This document shows, in pieces, positions 10,499 through 20,620 of a DNA stretch of 64,000 nt. A model generated the notes under the pieces. It was not told the origin of the DNA and made no database searches. It worked only from the letters and a program-made list of their open reading frames with translations. The stretch comes from an uncultured Planctomycetaceae bacterium (GTDB taxonomy: Bacteria; Planctomycetota; Planctomycetia; Isosphaerales; Isosphaeraceae): positions 480,001 through 544,000 of the forward strand of contig CAWIAD010000002.1 of NCBI GenBank assembly GCA_963833985.1, in the 5' to 3' direction. The first letter of the stretch is position 1. Each line of letters opens with the position of its first letter. Position numbers and translations under genes: made by a program.

Positions 10499-10560
10499 CG
10501 GATGGCAGAAGGGCCACCCATTGACTGATATCTCGGACCGTGGGTGGCCCCGTCTTATTT
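10499..10560 (+). repeat. Family A element copy 2 (right-hand hairpin only)
   Basis: GGATGGCAGAAGGGCCACCCATTGACTGATATCTCGGACCGTGGGTGGCCCCGTCTTATTT. Confidence 0.9.
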
Positions 10561-10662
10561 CCGTGCACCAGGCATTAGGTTAGACTGATTGCTTGGGCGT
10601 CTTGGACAGATGTCCGCCTGCCTCATTCTCGTTCGGCCCGCGTTCTTACGGGAGGCTACTCA

Positions 10663-11798
10663 TATGTGCTCACTTCGGCACCTCGTGATGCTGGCCGCTG
10701 TGGTTACTTGCGGGATTGGCACCATTTTCTCCGTCGATCGGATTTACCGACCGATCGCGCGAATCGACCCGTCACCGGAGCCGACGCAGTTCGCCGGTTC
10801 GCCCCGAGAGTCGATTGTCCCCGTGGAGGCGCTCGTCGACGTTCGCAAAGCCGAGCAGAGCCGGCGAGCAGTACGGCCCGCCGGCGATCCAAAGCGGGAG
10901 GACGGCCTGAACTACGAGAGAGTGTTGAAGGGAGAGGAGGGCGGCACGTTGCTGCCCAAACCCGCCGAGCCCATGCCGCCGACCTACTGCCGTTCAATCG
11001 AAACGCGCCCCGAAACACACCAACGAGACGGCGGGACTGTACGGTGTCCACCGCAGCACTGTCCACTTATTCGAGAACAAGTCAGGTTTCGGGTTCACAC
11101 GAATGTTTTGGTTCACGAATGACCGCGGCGGTGAGGTCGCATCACGAGACATTGACCGTGTCGAACTGGTCAGCCTGCTGACCGACGACGAGCCTTCGGT
11201 GTACGTGCTCGACGAGATGGCGACGCCGGCGCTCGCCCGGCAAGCGAAACGCCGGCCGCTCGACGAGTTCGAGCGCCGCGGCCTCGACGCCGTGCGCCGC
11301 GGCGAGGAACTGGTGTGGACCCGGGAGGCTCCGACGCGGATGTTCGGCGCGATCTGCGCGAAGGCGCCTTGTCTACACTGTCACGCGAACGCCAAGGAGG
11401 GCGACCTGCTTGGCGCGTTCACGTACTATCTGAAGGTCCCAGTCGATCGGCTGAACATTCGCGAATTAGGCGGCGAACGTCTCCTCGAGCCCGACCCGGA
11501 AACGAAGCTCATCCGGGACCGGCTCGAAGACAAGCTCGACCTGAGATTCGAAAAGACATCATTGGAAGATGTGCTCGAGCTCATCAAATCCGCGACTCGC
11601 AGGGGCCCGAACAATCCCGGCATCCCGATCTATGTGGACCCCATGGGCCTCCTGGAGGCCGAGAAGACACTCGCGACGCCGGTCTCGTTTACCGCGAAGG
11701 GGGAGCCGTTGAAATCGTCGCTGGAGCGGCTGTTGAAATCGATGAGCCTGACCTATGCGGTCAAGGATGGGTTCCTGATGGTCACATCGCGAGACTGA
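10663..11798 (+). CDS. Exported protein with a CxxCH heme-c motif and a C-terminal STN-like domain (frameshift ~11085)
   Basis: Signal-like N-terminus; VELVSLL...RMFGAICAKAPCLHCH...GDLLGAFTY; C-terminal LDLRFEKTSLEDVL...IPIYVDP...LTYAVKDGFLMVTS. Confidence 0.6.
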
Positions 11799-11825
11799 AC
11801 CGGGACCGTCACTGGGATGCCATGG

Positions 11826-12078
11826 GCGGCAAATGGGACAGGCGGCAAATCGGAAAATGGCGGCAAATGGGCCACTCGCATGGCGGCAAATGGGGCCACC
11901 CGCATTCTGGCTCACGGTCGGCTCAACCGTCGCATTCAGCGACATATTGGCAGCGCCACCGCCGAAATTGGCGACTCGACGCAAAGCCGAATGGATGGTA
12001 GAAGGGCCACCCATTGGATGGCAGAAGGGCCACCCATTGGCTGATATCTCAGACTGTGGGTGGCCCCATTTTCTTTTC
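11826..12078 (+). repeat. Family A element copy 3 with stuttered left end and duplicated middle box
   Basis: Four GGCGGCAAAT starts (11826-11903); GGATGG(T/C)AGAAGGGCCACCCATT twice; ends TGGGTGGCCCCATTTT. Confidence 0.92.
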
Positions 12079-12101
12079 CTTACTGAGCTGAGCGGCGTCT
12101 G

Positions 12102-12740
12102 TCAGGCGCCGTGCATCGAGGCCAGGCCAGGCCTCTCCGCAACCTTTCCCCTGCGGCCGAGGACGACACGGGCGGCGAGGAGTGCACCTCCGAGTCCCAG
12201 GCCCAGCAGGATCCCGCTGGGGGGTTCGGGGACGGTGGAGAAATAGACGCCCGTCGCGGAGGTCTGGGTCATCATGATGACCCCGCCGCTGGTGGTGATC
12301 GGCCCCGTGTCGAAGGCCGAGACCGTGGCGACCGTCGGCGGTGTCACATCGGGCAGAAGATAGGTCGAGAAGGCAGGCGCCGTGAGGTCGATCAGGTCGG
12401 TCTGCGTCGTGACGTCGCGGAGACCGATCGTCGAGAGCGAGGGCGTCTGGAACAGGACGAGAGTGTCCGTGATCGAGGCGTTCAGCACGCCAGCAATCGA
12501 CAGGTTGGGGTCCGTGATCTTCATCGAGTAGACCTTGGCCCCGAATTCCTCCGTGATCGTGGGAGTCTGGGTCGGATCATAATTGAACGTGAGCTCAGTC
12601 AAGGCATTCTCAAACGTTCCCGGATCCAGCTTCGTGCCCCAGGAGTAATAACTGAACCCGGCGTGTATGCCGGCCAGGCAAGGTGCGGACCACACCAGCC
12701 AGATCAGCATCGACGAGATGAGCATTCGCTTCATCTTCAA
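12102..12740 (-). CDS. PEP-CTERM sorting domain protein
   Basis: Signal peptide, Thr/Ser-rich body, VPEPPSGILLGLGLGGALLAARVVLGRR tail. Confidence 0.9.
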   Translation of the reverse strand: MKMKRMLISSMLIWLVWSAPCLAGIHAGFSYYSWGTKLDPGTFENALTELTFNYDPTQTPTITEEFGAKVYSMKITDPNLSIAGVLNASITDTLVLFQTPSLSTIGLRDVTTQTDLIDLTAPAFSTYLLPDVTPPTVATVSAFDTGPITTSGGVIMMTQTSATGVYFSTVPEPPSGILLGLGLGGALLAARVVLGRRGKVAERPGLASMHGA

Positions 12741-13030
12741 TATATCCTTTCATGACTGATGGTCAGCGCTTTACCTGATGGTAACATTTCAGGTCGATGT
12801 CTAGCGCTTGAATGCGAATGGGGATGGTAAGCGACCGACCGAGCGAGGTCAACGAAAAAATCGGAAAAGTCCGATAATTCGCGGATCTCTGCCAGAAGGG
12901 CGTCGGGGAGACTTGAAAACTCAACCAGAACTTCCTGCTTTCAAATTCGTCGCGACGTCGCCGAGGGGGCATCGCACCGGAGCAAGAGGCAGGTCCAGAA
13001 GGGGGTGCCGGGGCGAAAGACTCCTGCCAG

Positions 13031-13222
13031 GGAAGGCAAATGGGCAAATGGTGGGCAAATGGGGCTACCCACCTTCTGGCTCACGGTCGGCTCGATCGTT
13101 GCATTCAGCGACTTATCGGCAGTATCATCGCCGAAACTGGCGACATGACGCAAAGCGGAACGGATGGCAGAAAGGCCGCCCATTGGCTGATAGCTTGGAC
13201 TGTGGGTGGCCCCGTTTTGTTT
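13031..13222 (+). repeat. Family A element copy 4
   Basis: GGCAAATG three times, then GGGCTACCCACCTTCTGGCTCACGG...TGTGGGTGGCCCCGTTTTGTTT. Confidence 0.92.
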
Positions 13223-13328
13223 CTAATCCTGGATCGATACAATTCGGACTGGGGCGCTCATACGCAGGCTGATACTTCAGCCACGCGCGGGCTACCGCAG
13301 TTGCCAGGTCTTGATGAGGCTCTGACTC

Positions 13329-14477
13329 ATGGCCGGACCGGTGCGAAAGAGGTTCGTGCTCAGCCTTCGGAGCGCGATGCTTCTCGTCCTCTTAAGCGGG
13401 ATGTGGATGGGCTGGAGAGTCAATCGTGCGAACGATCAACGGTGGGCCGTGACCGCGATCCTGCGGGCTCGCGGCAGCATCAGCTACGATTATCAGTTCT
13501 CGGTATCGAGGGGTTATCGTCGTCTGAGTGCACGGCCTTCGGCCCCGGCCTGGCTCCGGAAGTGGCTGGGCGATGAATTTTTCCAGGAGGTAACCTCGGT
13601 CCAGTTTATCAACCGGCCTGTGACGGACCTCGACTTGGCCCCGCTCGCGAGTCTCGACCGCCTTGAGGAGTTCCACATCTCGGGAGCCCCGATCACGGAC
13701 GCCGGGCTGAAGCACCTCGCGAATTTGAAAGCGCTACGCATCCTCTCGCTCTGGGAGACACCCGGTATTACCGACGCCGGCCTCGCATACCTGAGTTCCC
13801 TGACGAATCTGCAACACTTGAACCTCTACCGTTGCGAAATAACCGACGCCGGTTTGGTCCACCTCCGCACGATGGACAACCTCGAGACGCTCGACCTCGC
13901 CAAGACCGGGGTCACGGGCCCCGGCTTATCGCAACTGGGTCGAATGTCCAAGCTCAAGAAGTTATTTACGCCCACGAACAGCGCCGGCTTGACGCACATC
14001 GGCCGCCTGCACGGGCTTCAAGAACTTTGTGCGTATCAACCCCGAAAGCCGATCCCGGGCGACGGCCTGGCGCACCTGGCCAACCTGAAGAGTTTGAGGG
14101 TCCTGCAACTGGGAGACAATCTCTGCTCCGACACCGGGCTGGCCACGCTTTCAGGACTGAGCGGCCTGACTCAACTGGGTATCGGCGGAGAACAGGTGAC
14201 CGACGCCGGGATGAACCATCTCGCCAAACTCAAAGGGCTCCAGGAACTGACCGTAGACGAATCGAGAGTCACCGGCGCTGGATTGGCGGTCCTTCTGGAC
14301 CTGCCAAGCCTGACATCCCTGGATCTCCAGGACTCCGCGGGGGTGGGAGACAGCGGGGTCGAGCCGCTCAGAAAAATGACCGGCCTTCAAATCCTCGGGC
14401 TCGTCGGCACGACGGTGAGCGACGACGGGATGACGGTGATTCGCCAGGCCCTGCCGATGGCCAGGGTAGTTCGCTGA
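13329..14477 (+). CDS. Leucine-rich repeat protein (planctomycete type, N-terminal TM)
   Basis: SLRSAMLLVLL TM, PAWLRKWLGDEFF, and multiple LxxLxxLxxLxLxxxxITDAGL repeats. Confidence 0.92.
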   Translation: MAGPVRKRFVLSLRSAMLLVLLSGMWMGWRVNRANDQRWAVTAILRARGSISYDYQFSVSRGYRRLSARPSAPAWLRKWLGDEFFQEVTSVQFINRPVTDLDLAPLASLDRLEEFHISGAPITDAGLKHLANLKALRILSLWETPGITDAGLAYLSSLTNLQHLNLYRCEITDAGLVHLRTMDNLETLDLAKTGVTGPGLSQLGRMSKLKKLFTPTNSAGLTHIGRLHGLQELCAYQPRKPIPGDGLAHLANLKSLRVLQLGDNLCSDTGLATLSGLSGLTQLGIGGEQVTDAGMNHLAKLKGLQELTVDESRVTGAGLAVLLDLPSLTSLDLQDSAGVGDSGVEPLRKMTGLQILGLVGTTVSDDGMTVIRQALPMARVVR

Positions 14478-14673
14478 GCCGGAGCCGATGCAGTGGGAAA
14501 GCCCATGAGTTTGAAGCGGACGTTTTCAGAGGCGAGCGAGGACAGATGAATCGAGGTCTGGACGCGCTCATAACTTTATCCATCCTGCGCAGTTTGCTCG
14601 CGATCGGAAGGATGTCCCCTTCAGCTTCGTCCATGAGCACGCGGGGGCGGAGCCGGGTGCCTTGATCTCCAGG

Positions 14674-15126
14674 CTAATGGACTCCATAGAGGGGCACGCC
14701 AACCGCCTGGGCGGCGGCTTTCAGCTTTTCATCAAGGGTTGCCAGCGGTAGACCTCGCCGCATGGCCAATTCCAGGTAGGCGGCGTCATAAGCCGAAAGA
14801 TGGTGCTCGCGGGCAACGCTCAACGTATTCCCGAACGCATGGACCTTGGTTTCGTCATCGACGGTGATGGGCAGCAAGGATAGAAAGCCAAGCCAAGTGA
14901 CCGTATTGGTCTGGGTTGAGCGCTTGCGGCGTTCTCCGACCAGCAGGGTGTTGGCCACCTCAAGATGCCAGAGATCGGGCACAAAAGCCTGCTCCGAAGC
15001 CAGTGCGTCAAGTGCGCTCTGCGAGTATTGGTCCTGTTCGTCGGGGAAGCACCACGCTATGGAAACCGAACTGTCGATCACCAGCCCTTCCTTGGCCGGC
15101 GTGACGGCACTTCTCTTCCGACTCAA
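14674..15126 (-). CDS. vapC: VapC PIN-domain toxin
   Basis: LVIDSSVSIAWCFPDE...LWHLEVANTL...LSAYDAAYLELA...LATLD. Confidence 0.92.
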   Translation of the reverse strand: MSRKRSAVTPAKEGLVIDSSVSIAWCFPDEQDQYSQSALDALASEQAFVPDLWHLEVANTLLVGERRKRSTQTNTVTWLGFLSLLPITVDDETKVHAFGNTLSVAREHHLSAYDAAYLELAMRRGLPLATLDEKLKAAAQAVGVPLYGVH

Positions 15127-15377
15127 GGCCGTCCCTCCTCAATCATCTCCTTGATTTCGCGGGCGGTCAGAGGACCGTGCTTGCGGGCATGCTTTTGGCT
15201 GTAGGCCCGGAACTCAGCGATTACGGCGGAAATGTCCTGCTTGGCTACCGCCTGGGCAGGAGACAGGATCGCGATGGGCTTGCCGCGTTTGGTGATCGTG
15301 ATCGTTTCGCCCTTCTCGACCTGGCTGAGAAGCCGGGGCAGGTGTGTCTTGGCTTCGTAGCTGCCGACGGATTTCAT
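15123..15377 (-). CDS. Phd/YefM family antitoxin
   Basis: VGSYEAKTHLPRLLSQVEKGETITITKRGKPIA...EIKEMIEEGR. Confidence 0.92.
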   Translation of the reverse strand: MKSVGSYEAKTHLPRLLSQVEKGETITITKRGKPIAILSPAQAVAKQDISAVIAEFRAYSQKHARKHGPLTAREIKEMIEEGRP

Positions 15378-15607
15378 TTTGTACCCTCAATGCATGAACT
15401 GGTCTAATTCACCTAGTCTAACCAACTTTACCGATCTTGCCAAGTAGGCTTTTTGTCCGGTTGGGCCCGAGCATTCCACCGAATCAACATAAAGAGGATC
15501 AGGCAACCATCCGCCCGGACAAAGAGAGTACATGCAATGCAATGCAATCCATCAGACACATCGCCGGGCCCCCGGTCCGCCAGTCCCGGCGCTCGGCGCG
15601 TATGGCA

Positions 15608-15674
15608 CATGGCCACGTGCGTGAGCACGTGGTTTTCACGGGCGCAGCCCCCAACCTCGGGCGTGAGCCCGACC
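15608..15674 (-). repeat. Family B REP-like unit (inverted copy)
   Basis: Reverse complement of the ~70-bp unit at 16262-16332 and 31017-31348. Confidence 0.85.
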
Positions 15675-15705
15675 AGAACCCGGCTGCCAGGCCTACGATC
15701 TGACT

Positions 15706-16217
15706 GATCTGAACCCGGTGGCCGCGGGCATCGCCGAGGTGCACGAGTCGAGTGCCCACACGTCGATCAAGGAATGGGTCGAGCACGTCCGGGACCAGGG
15801 TCGAGCCGAGGATCTGAAGGCTGCCGAAGCCGGCAGCGTGGCAGGGTCGCAGGCAGCGGAGGGGCTCGAAGAGGGTCTGTGGCTGTGCCGATCGAGGACC
15901 GCAGGAGGCTGGACCCGGACGCGGGTCGCGGTCGCGAGGGGATGGTCGAAGGGTTCTCGCTGGGCAGCTATCTGCTGCTGGTGGACTACACGGGGCAGCT
16001 GTATCGCGAGGGGAAGGCGGCGATCTCGGCGGAGCTGGCCGGGATCCTGGAGCGGCTGGGGAGCAATGCCGAGAGCTGGCAAGCGCGGCTGCTGAAGCTG
16101 GCCGGCGGCCGGCTGCTGGGGCGGTTCTTCGCGGCGAGCCGGGAGCGGCTGCGGGACGTGGCGGGGCGGCTGGGGCGGCATCACCTGGCGAACCTGGGCG
16201 GGTGCGCGGTGCGGTGA
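15706..16217 (+). pseudogene. RAYT-like transposase, C-terminal fragment
   Basis: DLNPVAAGIAE...HTSIKE...LWLC/PIEDRR...FSLGSYLLLVDYTG...REGKAAIS...HHLANLGGC; begins just after the expected catalytic Tyr; frameshift ~15888. Confidence 0.8.
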
Positions 16218-16261
16218 GGTGACGACGACGTCGGCGTGGGAATACGCGTGATCTGGCGATG

Positions 16262-16396
16262 TGCAGGTCGGGCGCACGCCCGAGGTTGGAGGCTGCGCCC
16301 GTGAAAACCACGTGCTGACGCACGTGGCCATGCGCCGCAGACTCCCAGGACGCTGACACACGTGGCCATAGGCCGCAGACTCCCAGGACGCTCACG
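16262..16396 (+). repeat. Family B REP-like unit plus ~37-bp tandem repeats
   Basis: GCAGGTCGGGCGCACGCCCGA...CCACGTGCTGACGCACGTGG hairpins, then CACGTGGCCAT..GCCGCAGACTCCCAGGACGCT twice. Confidence 0.85.
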
Positions 16397-16593
16397 CACG
16401 GGGTCATCCGGCCGGACTGCGGGGCGCTCGGGCACCACAGTGTGCTCGGGCATTGCGGGGCGCTCGGATCCGGTCATCCGGCCTGGACTGGGGACTGCTC
16501 GGGACCGTAGCCGTCCCCCACGGGTACCCAGTCGCTCGCGCACTGCGGGACGTTCGCGCACGCGGCTGCGCGCTCTGTACCGGTCGGAGCGAC

Positions 16594-18435
16594 GAATGGC
16601 ACTAGCTTAAGGACAAGTGAAGGCAGGTCCCCTGGTGAAATTGCGGATGAGTAACCTGGCTGAATCTTGCCAGGTATAATGGAAGTGGGAGGTACTTCCC
16701 GCTCGAGTGAGTTGCTGTTTGGACTAGGCTCCACGGCAGCGATTCCTGGGCCGCACCATTTCCATTCGAGACATAGGAGACCTCCCATGATCACCCTGCA
16801 GGAGGTTCGCGCTCGCTTTGCGCACGACCATGGACTGCCTTTCGCCGGCTCCTTGAGCGAACAGAACATCCTCAACGCTCTCAATGAGCATGGCATCAAG
16901 TATCGAGACCGAGTGTTCACCCCCGTCACCACCATCTGGGGCTTTCTCTCCCAGGTGCTCAACGACGACCAAAGCTGCAGCAACGCAGTTTCGCACATTA
17001 TTGCCCACCGGGCGGCCAGCGGGCTGGGAACGTGTTCACCAAACACGGCCAGCTACTGCAACGCCCGGGGCCGCATCGTCACCGACGTCCTGCGCACCCT
17101 GGCACGGCGGACCGCCGAGGAGTTACAGACCGCAGCCGAGGAGCAGTGGAAGTGGATCGGGCGGAATGTATTCATCGTCGACGGGTCGGGCATCTGGATG
17201 CCTGACACGCCGGAGAACCGCGAGGTGTACCCGCAGCCGGTGGTCCAGCAGCCGGGGATTGGTTTTCCCCTGGCCCGAGTCACCGTACTCCTCTCGCTGG
17301 CGACCGGCGCTTGCCACGACCTGGCCATCGCCCCGTACGCGGGCAAGGGGACTGGCGAGACCACACTGCTGCGGCGGATGTACGAGTCGCTTTCCCCTGG
17401 CGACGTGGTTCTGGCGGACGCTCTGTTCGACAACTACTTCCTCGCATGCGAATTGCGGTGGCTCGGCGTCGAGCTGGTCGCCCGTGTACAGGCGGAGCGC
17501 GTTGGGAGCCGGACGGTGGAGAGCCGGCCCGACGGCGACGTCATCCTCTGGCGAAGGCCTAACAAGCCGCGCGGGATGACAGGGGAGGAGTATCGCCGCT
17601 ACCCGAAGACCCTGCTGATGCGGCAGGTGGCCGTCGATGCCCGCGACAAGGACAACCGAGCCGAGCGCTTCAAGGTCGTCACCACGATCCTCGACGCGTC
17701 GATCGACGGCGGACAACTCGGCGACCTGTATGAGCGGAGGTGGGATGGAGAGATCGATATAAGATCGATCAAATCGGTGATGCAGATGGAGTTCCTGCGG
17801 TGCAAGACGCCGGAGATGGTGCACAAGGAGATCTGGGCCCATCTGTTGGCGTACAACCTGCTCCGCACGGCGATGGCGGTGGCCGCCGGGGCGAACGGGA
17901 TCGAGCCCCGGCAGGTGAGCTTCAAGGGGGCCAAGCAGGCGGTGACGGCGTTCGCTCCGAAGATCGAAGCGGCCCGGCCGAAGGATCGCCCCGCGCTGAT
18001 CGACGCGATGCTGGCGGTGATCGCTTACCACCGCGTCGGCAACCGTCCGGGACGATGGGAGCCGCGGGCGACGAAACGACGGCCGAGGCATGGGGCTCGC
18101 CTGAACCAGACCCGAGCCGAGGCCAAACTGGCGCACAATCGCGCGAAATGGTACTAGCAAGCGGTGAGGTTGTGGGACATTCCCTTTGGCTGAAAGCGGG
18201 CCGCGCCGCAAGGGCGTGTGGCGGGAGCGGCACCGCGCTGACCGGTTAAGCGCACGACCGAAGGAGGCCATCTGCGAGGTGAGGCACCTGCCCAGGTACC
18301 GGCAAGGGGCTCAAGAACGAGTCTCTGTCAATCGCTGGCGCCTGACGGCGGCTGTGCACGGCAAGTAGCCGTATACCTTGTCCGCCCCGCACGGCGTTTC
18401 TGACAGGCCGCTACGGCCTTAAGCTAGTGCCATTC
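16594..18435 (+). mobile_element. IS4 family insertion sequence
   Basis: Perfect 19-bp TIR GAATGGCACTAGCTTAAGG; 11-bp TSD GTCGGAGCGAC (16583-16593, 18436-18446). Confidence 0.93.
16787..18157 (+). CDS. IS4 family DDE transposase
   Basis: RDRVFTPVTTIWGFLSQVL, VDGS, LADALF, YERRWDGEIDIRSIK (YREK-like) and LLAYNLLR. Confidence 0.93.
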   Translation: MITLQEVRARFAHDHGLPFAGSLSEQNILNALNEHGIKYRDRVFTPVTTIWGFLSQVLNDDQSCSNAVSHIIAHRAASGLGTCSPNTASYCNARGRIVTDVLRTLARRTAEELQTAAEEQWKWIGRNVFIVDGSGIWMPDTPENREVYPQPVVQQPGIGFPLARVTVLLSLATGACHDLAIAPYAGKGTGETTLLRRMYESLSPGDVVLADALFDNYFLACELRWLGVELVARVQAERVGSRTVESRPDGDVILWRRPNKPRGMTGEEYRRYPKTLLMRQVAVDARDKDNRAERFKVVTTILDASIDGGQLGDLYERRWDGEIDIRSIKSVMQMEFLRCKTPEMVHKEIWAHLLAYNLLRTAMAVAAGANGIEPRQVSFKGAKQAVTAFAPKIEAARPKDRPALIDAMLAVIAYHRVGNRPGRWEPRATKRRPRHGARLNQTRAEAKLAHNRAKWY

Positions 18436-18831
18436 GTCGGAGCGACTGTGGCAACCCGGCCGGTGTTGGCGGGAGGAGCACAATCGACGGCGAATTCGCA
18501 AGATCGCCGGCCTTTCCGCCGTAGACTAAATAGGATGGGAGAGCATGCGATGGCATTCCGGATCGGCATCGGTGCTCAAGGAGAGCGTGCCCTACGGAAC
18601 CAGGCCGCGGGTGCTCTGGCATGCCGAGTACGCATCGGCCCGCAGCCAGAGCGTGCCCTACGACTCTTTGACAATCCGGTGGATGGATTGGACCAGCGCC
18701 CGGGCCGGCGGCGCGCTGGCTCCGCTCGTTGACCCGGCAGTTGAGGCGGTCCGCCGGAGCATTACGGCGCACCAATCCCGGATCGAACCCAATCGAAAAC
18801 GCAAACTTAAATCCTGTAGCCAAAACGATTA

Positions 18832-19058
18832 GGGGCAAATGGGGCCACCCACCTTCTGGCTCGGGGTGGCAAATGGGGCCACCCACCTTCTGGCTCACGG
18901 GCGGCTCGATCGTCGCATCCAGCGACTTATTGGCAGCGTCACCGCCGGAATTGGCCACTCGACGCAAACCGGAACGGATGGCAGAAGGGTCACCCATCGT
19001 CTGATATCTCAGACTGTGGGTGGCCCCGTTTTGTTTGCGTTTTGTTCGTTTTGTTCCC
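18832..19058 (+). repeat. Family A element copy 5 (left-end duplication; right-end GTTTTGTT stutter)
   Basis: GGCAAATGGGGCCACCCACCTTCTGGCTC twice; near-identical to copy 7. Confidence 0.93.
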
Positions 19059-19160
19059 TCCGAGCCGGACACAGCACAAAGCGCCTCGACCACAGCAAGT
19101 CAAGCTGCCAGGCCAACTTTCGACACTGAATCCCGCTCGGACGACTGGCGCGCCACGCCA

Positions 19161-19235
19161 AACTGTGGGTGGCCCCTTTCTGCCACTAAACTGTGGGTGG
19201 CCCCTTTCTGCCACCCTTTCTGCCACCTCTGCCCC
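19161..19235 (+). repeat. Nested family A right-end footprints
   Basis: AACTGTGGGTGGCCCCTTTCTGCCA twice, then CCCTTTCTGCCA, then CCTCTGCC (decreasing lengths). Confidence 0.85.
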
Positions 19236-19488
19236 GCTGCCGATGGCCCGCGCCTGCAATTTCGTCCGGCTTGCGGCTGACCCTCCGACTCCAGGCTCGA
19301 GCATTCGTATCTCCAGACGGAGTCGCGGTTGACAGCAAAGTCGGCGGCGGGGGATGATCCAGTGGAGCGCGAGCAACCTTGCCATCACCTCGGCGGCCGT
19401 AACGGCGGCGCACCCCACGCGCGCGGCAAAGGGCTTCCTTCGCAGTCATTCTCATCGTGAAAATAGGTTCTTCTTCCAAGGGAAAGCC

Positions 19489-20103
19489 ATGGCGACTGCA
19501 CGGTTCAAGACTGCGACCGAGTCAACCTCTGGGTGGAAGGATCTACTCGTGGAACTGCTTCCACCCCAGGGTCAGTGGAGCGAGGACGAATACCTCGTTC
19601 TGACCAACCATCGGAACCGCCTGGTCGAGTTCACCGATGGCTTTCTGGAAGTCTTACCCATGCCTACGGACAAGCACCAAAGCGTGCTGAAGTTCCTGTT
19701 CCTTGCGTTTTACAGCTTTGTGGAGCCCCGTGGAACAGTCCAGTTCGCCCCGTTACGGCTGCAAATTCGGTCAGGCAAGTTCCGTGAGCCCGATCTCTTG
19801 ATACTGATCTCGGCATCCGATCCGCGCCGGCAGAACCGCTTCTGGCTCGGTGCCGACCTCGCTCTGGAAGTTGTGAGTGAAGAGAAACCGGAGCGAGACC
19901 TCGTTGAGAAGCGGGGCGACTATGCCGAGGGCCGCGTCCCGGAATACTGGATCGTCAACCCCCAAACCGAAACCATTACAGTCCTTGTCTTGCGTGGCGA
20001 TGCTTATGAAGAGGCCGCCATTTACCGGCGGGAGGACGCGGCGGCGTCGCCGTTGTTGTCGGGCTTCTCGGTCGAAGTGGCCGCGGTTTTCGACGCGAGT
20101 TAA
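19489..20103 (+). CDS. Uma2 (DUF820) PD-(D/E)xK family endonuclease
   Basis: WSEDEYL...VEFTDG.LEVLPMP...H...REPDL...ADLALEVVS...D..EKR.DYAE..VPEYWIVNP...SPLLSGF. Confidence 0.92.
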   Translation: MATARFKTATESTSGWKDLLVELLPPQGQWSEDEYLVLTNHRNRLVEFTDGFLEVLPMPTDKHQSVLKFLFLAFYSFVEPRGTVQFAPLRLQIRSGKFREPDLLILISASDPRRQNRFWLGADLALEVVSEEKPERDLVEKRGDYAEGRVPEYWIVNPQTETITVLVLRGDAYEEAAIYRREDAAASPLLSGFSVEVAAVFDAS

Positions 20104-20344
20104 GACAACCCTCATGGCACGGCACTCGTAGAGTCGAGGTGTGGCGCGGTTGCTTGGATCGAGGTTCGAATTCCCTCATACCCCCTCCTTCGTCTGCGGA
20201 CGCGCGGATGGGAAGCGGATGAGTGCCAGCCACTTTCTCGTAGCCCTCATGGCATTGCCGCGGGGAGCGGATCCAAGGCGAGAGTGGAGACCTTTCCCCG
20301 GAAGCAACAACCGTGCGTGAGAGACGGGCGCCGGCTACTCCGCC

Positions 20345-20515
20345 TGGCAAATGGGGCCACCCACCTTCTGGCTCACGGTCGGCTCAATCGTCGCATTCAG
20401 CATCTAATCGGCAGCATCATCGCCGAAACTGGCGACATGACGCAAAGCGGAACGGATGGCAGAAGGGCCGCCCATTGGCTGATATCTTGGACTGTGGGTG
20501 GCCCCGTTTTGTTTC
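20345..20515 (+). repeat. Family A element copy 6
   Basis: Full-length; closest to copy 4. Confidence 0.93.
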
Positions 20516-20620
20516 TAATCCTGGATCGATACAATTCGGCCTGGGGCGCTCATACGCAGACTGATACTTCAGCCACGCGCGGGCTACCGCAGTTGCCAGG
20601 TCTTGATGAGGCTCTGACTC

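Noticed and set aside
11909..11952. attC-like look of the family A spacer on the bottom strand (TGCCAAT...GCTGAAT...TTGAGC...GTGAGCC)
   Set aside because: It lacks the invariant AAC/GTT triplets, the R boxes do not pair, it is too short (~44 bp), cargo lies in both orientations, and no IntI is present in the window.
18447..18832. Possible small cassette ORF (18545-18832)
   Set aside because: No recognisable family and competing frames; left unannotated.
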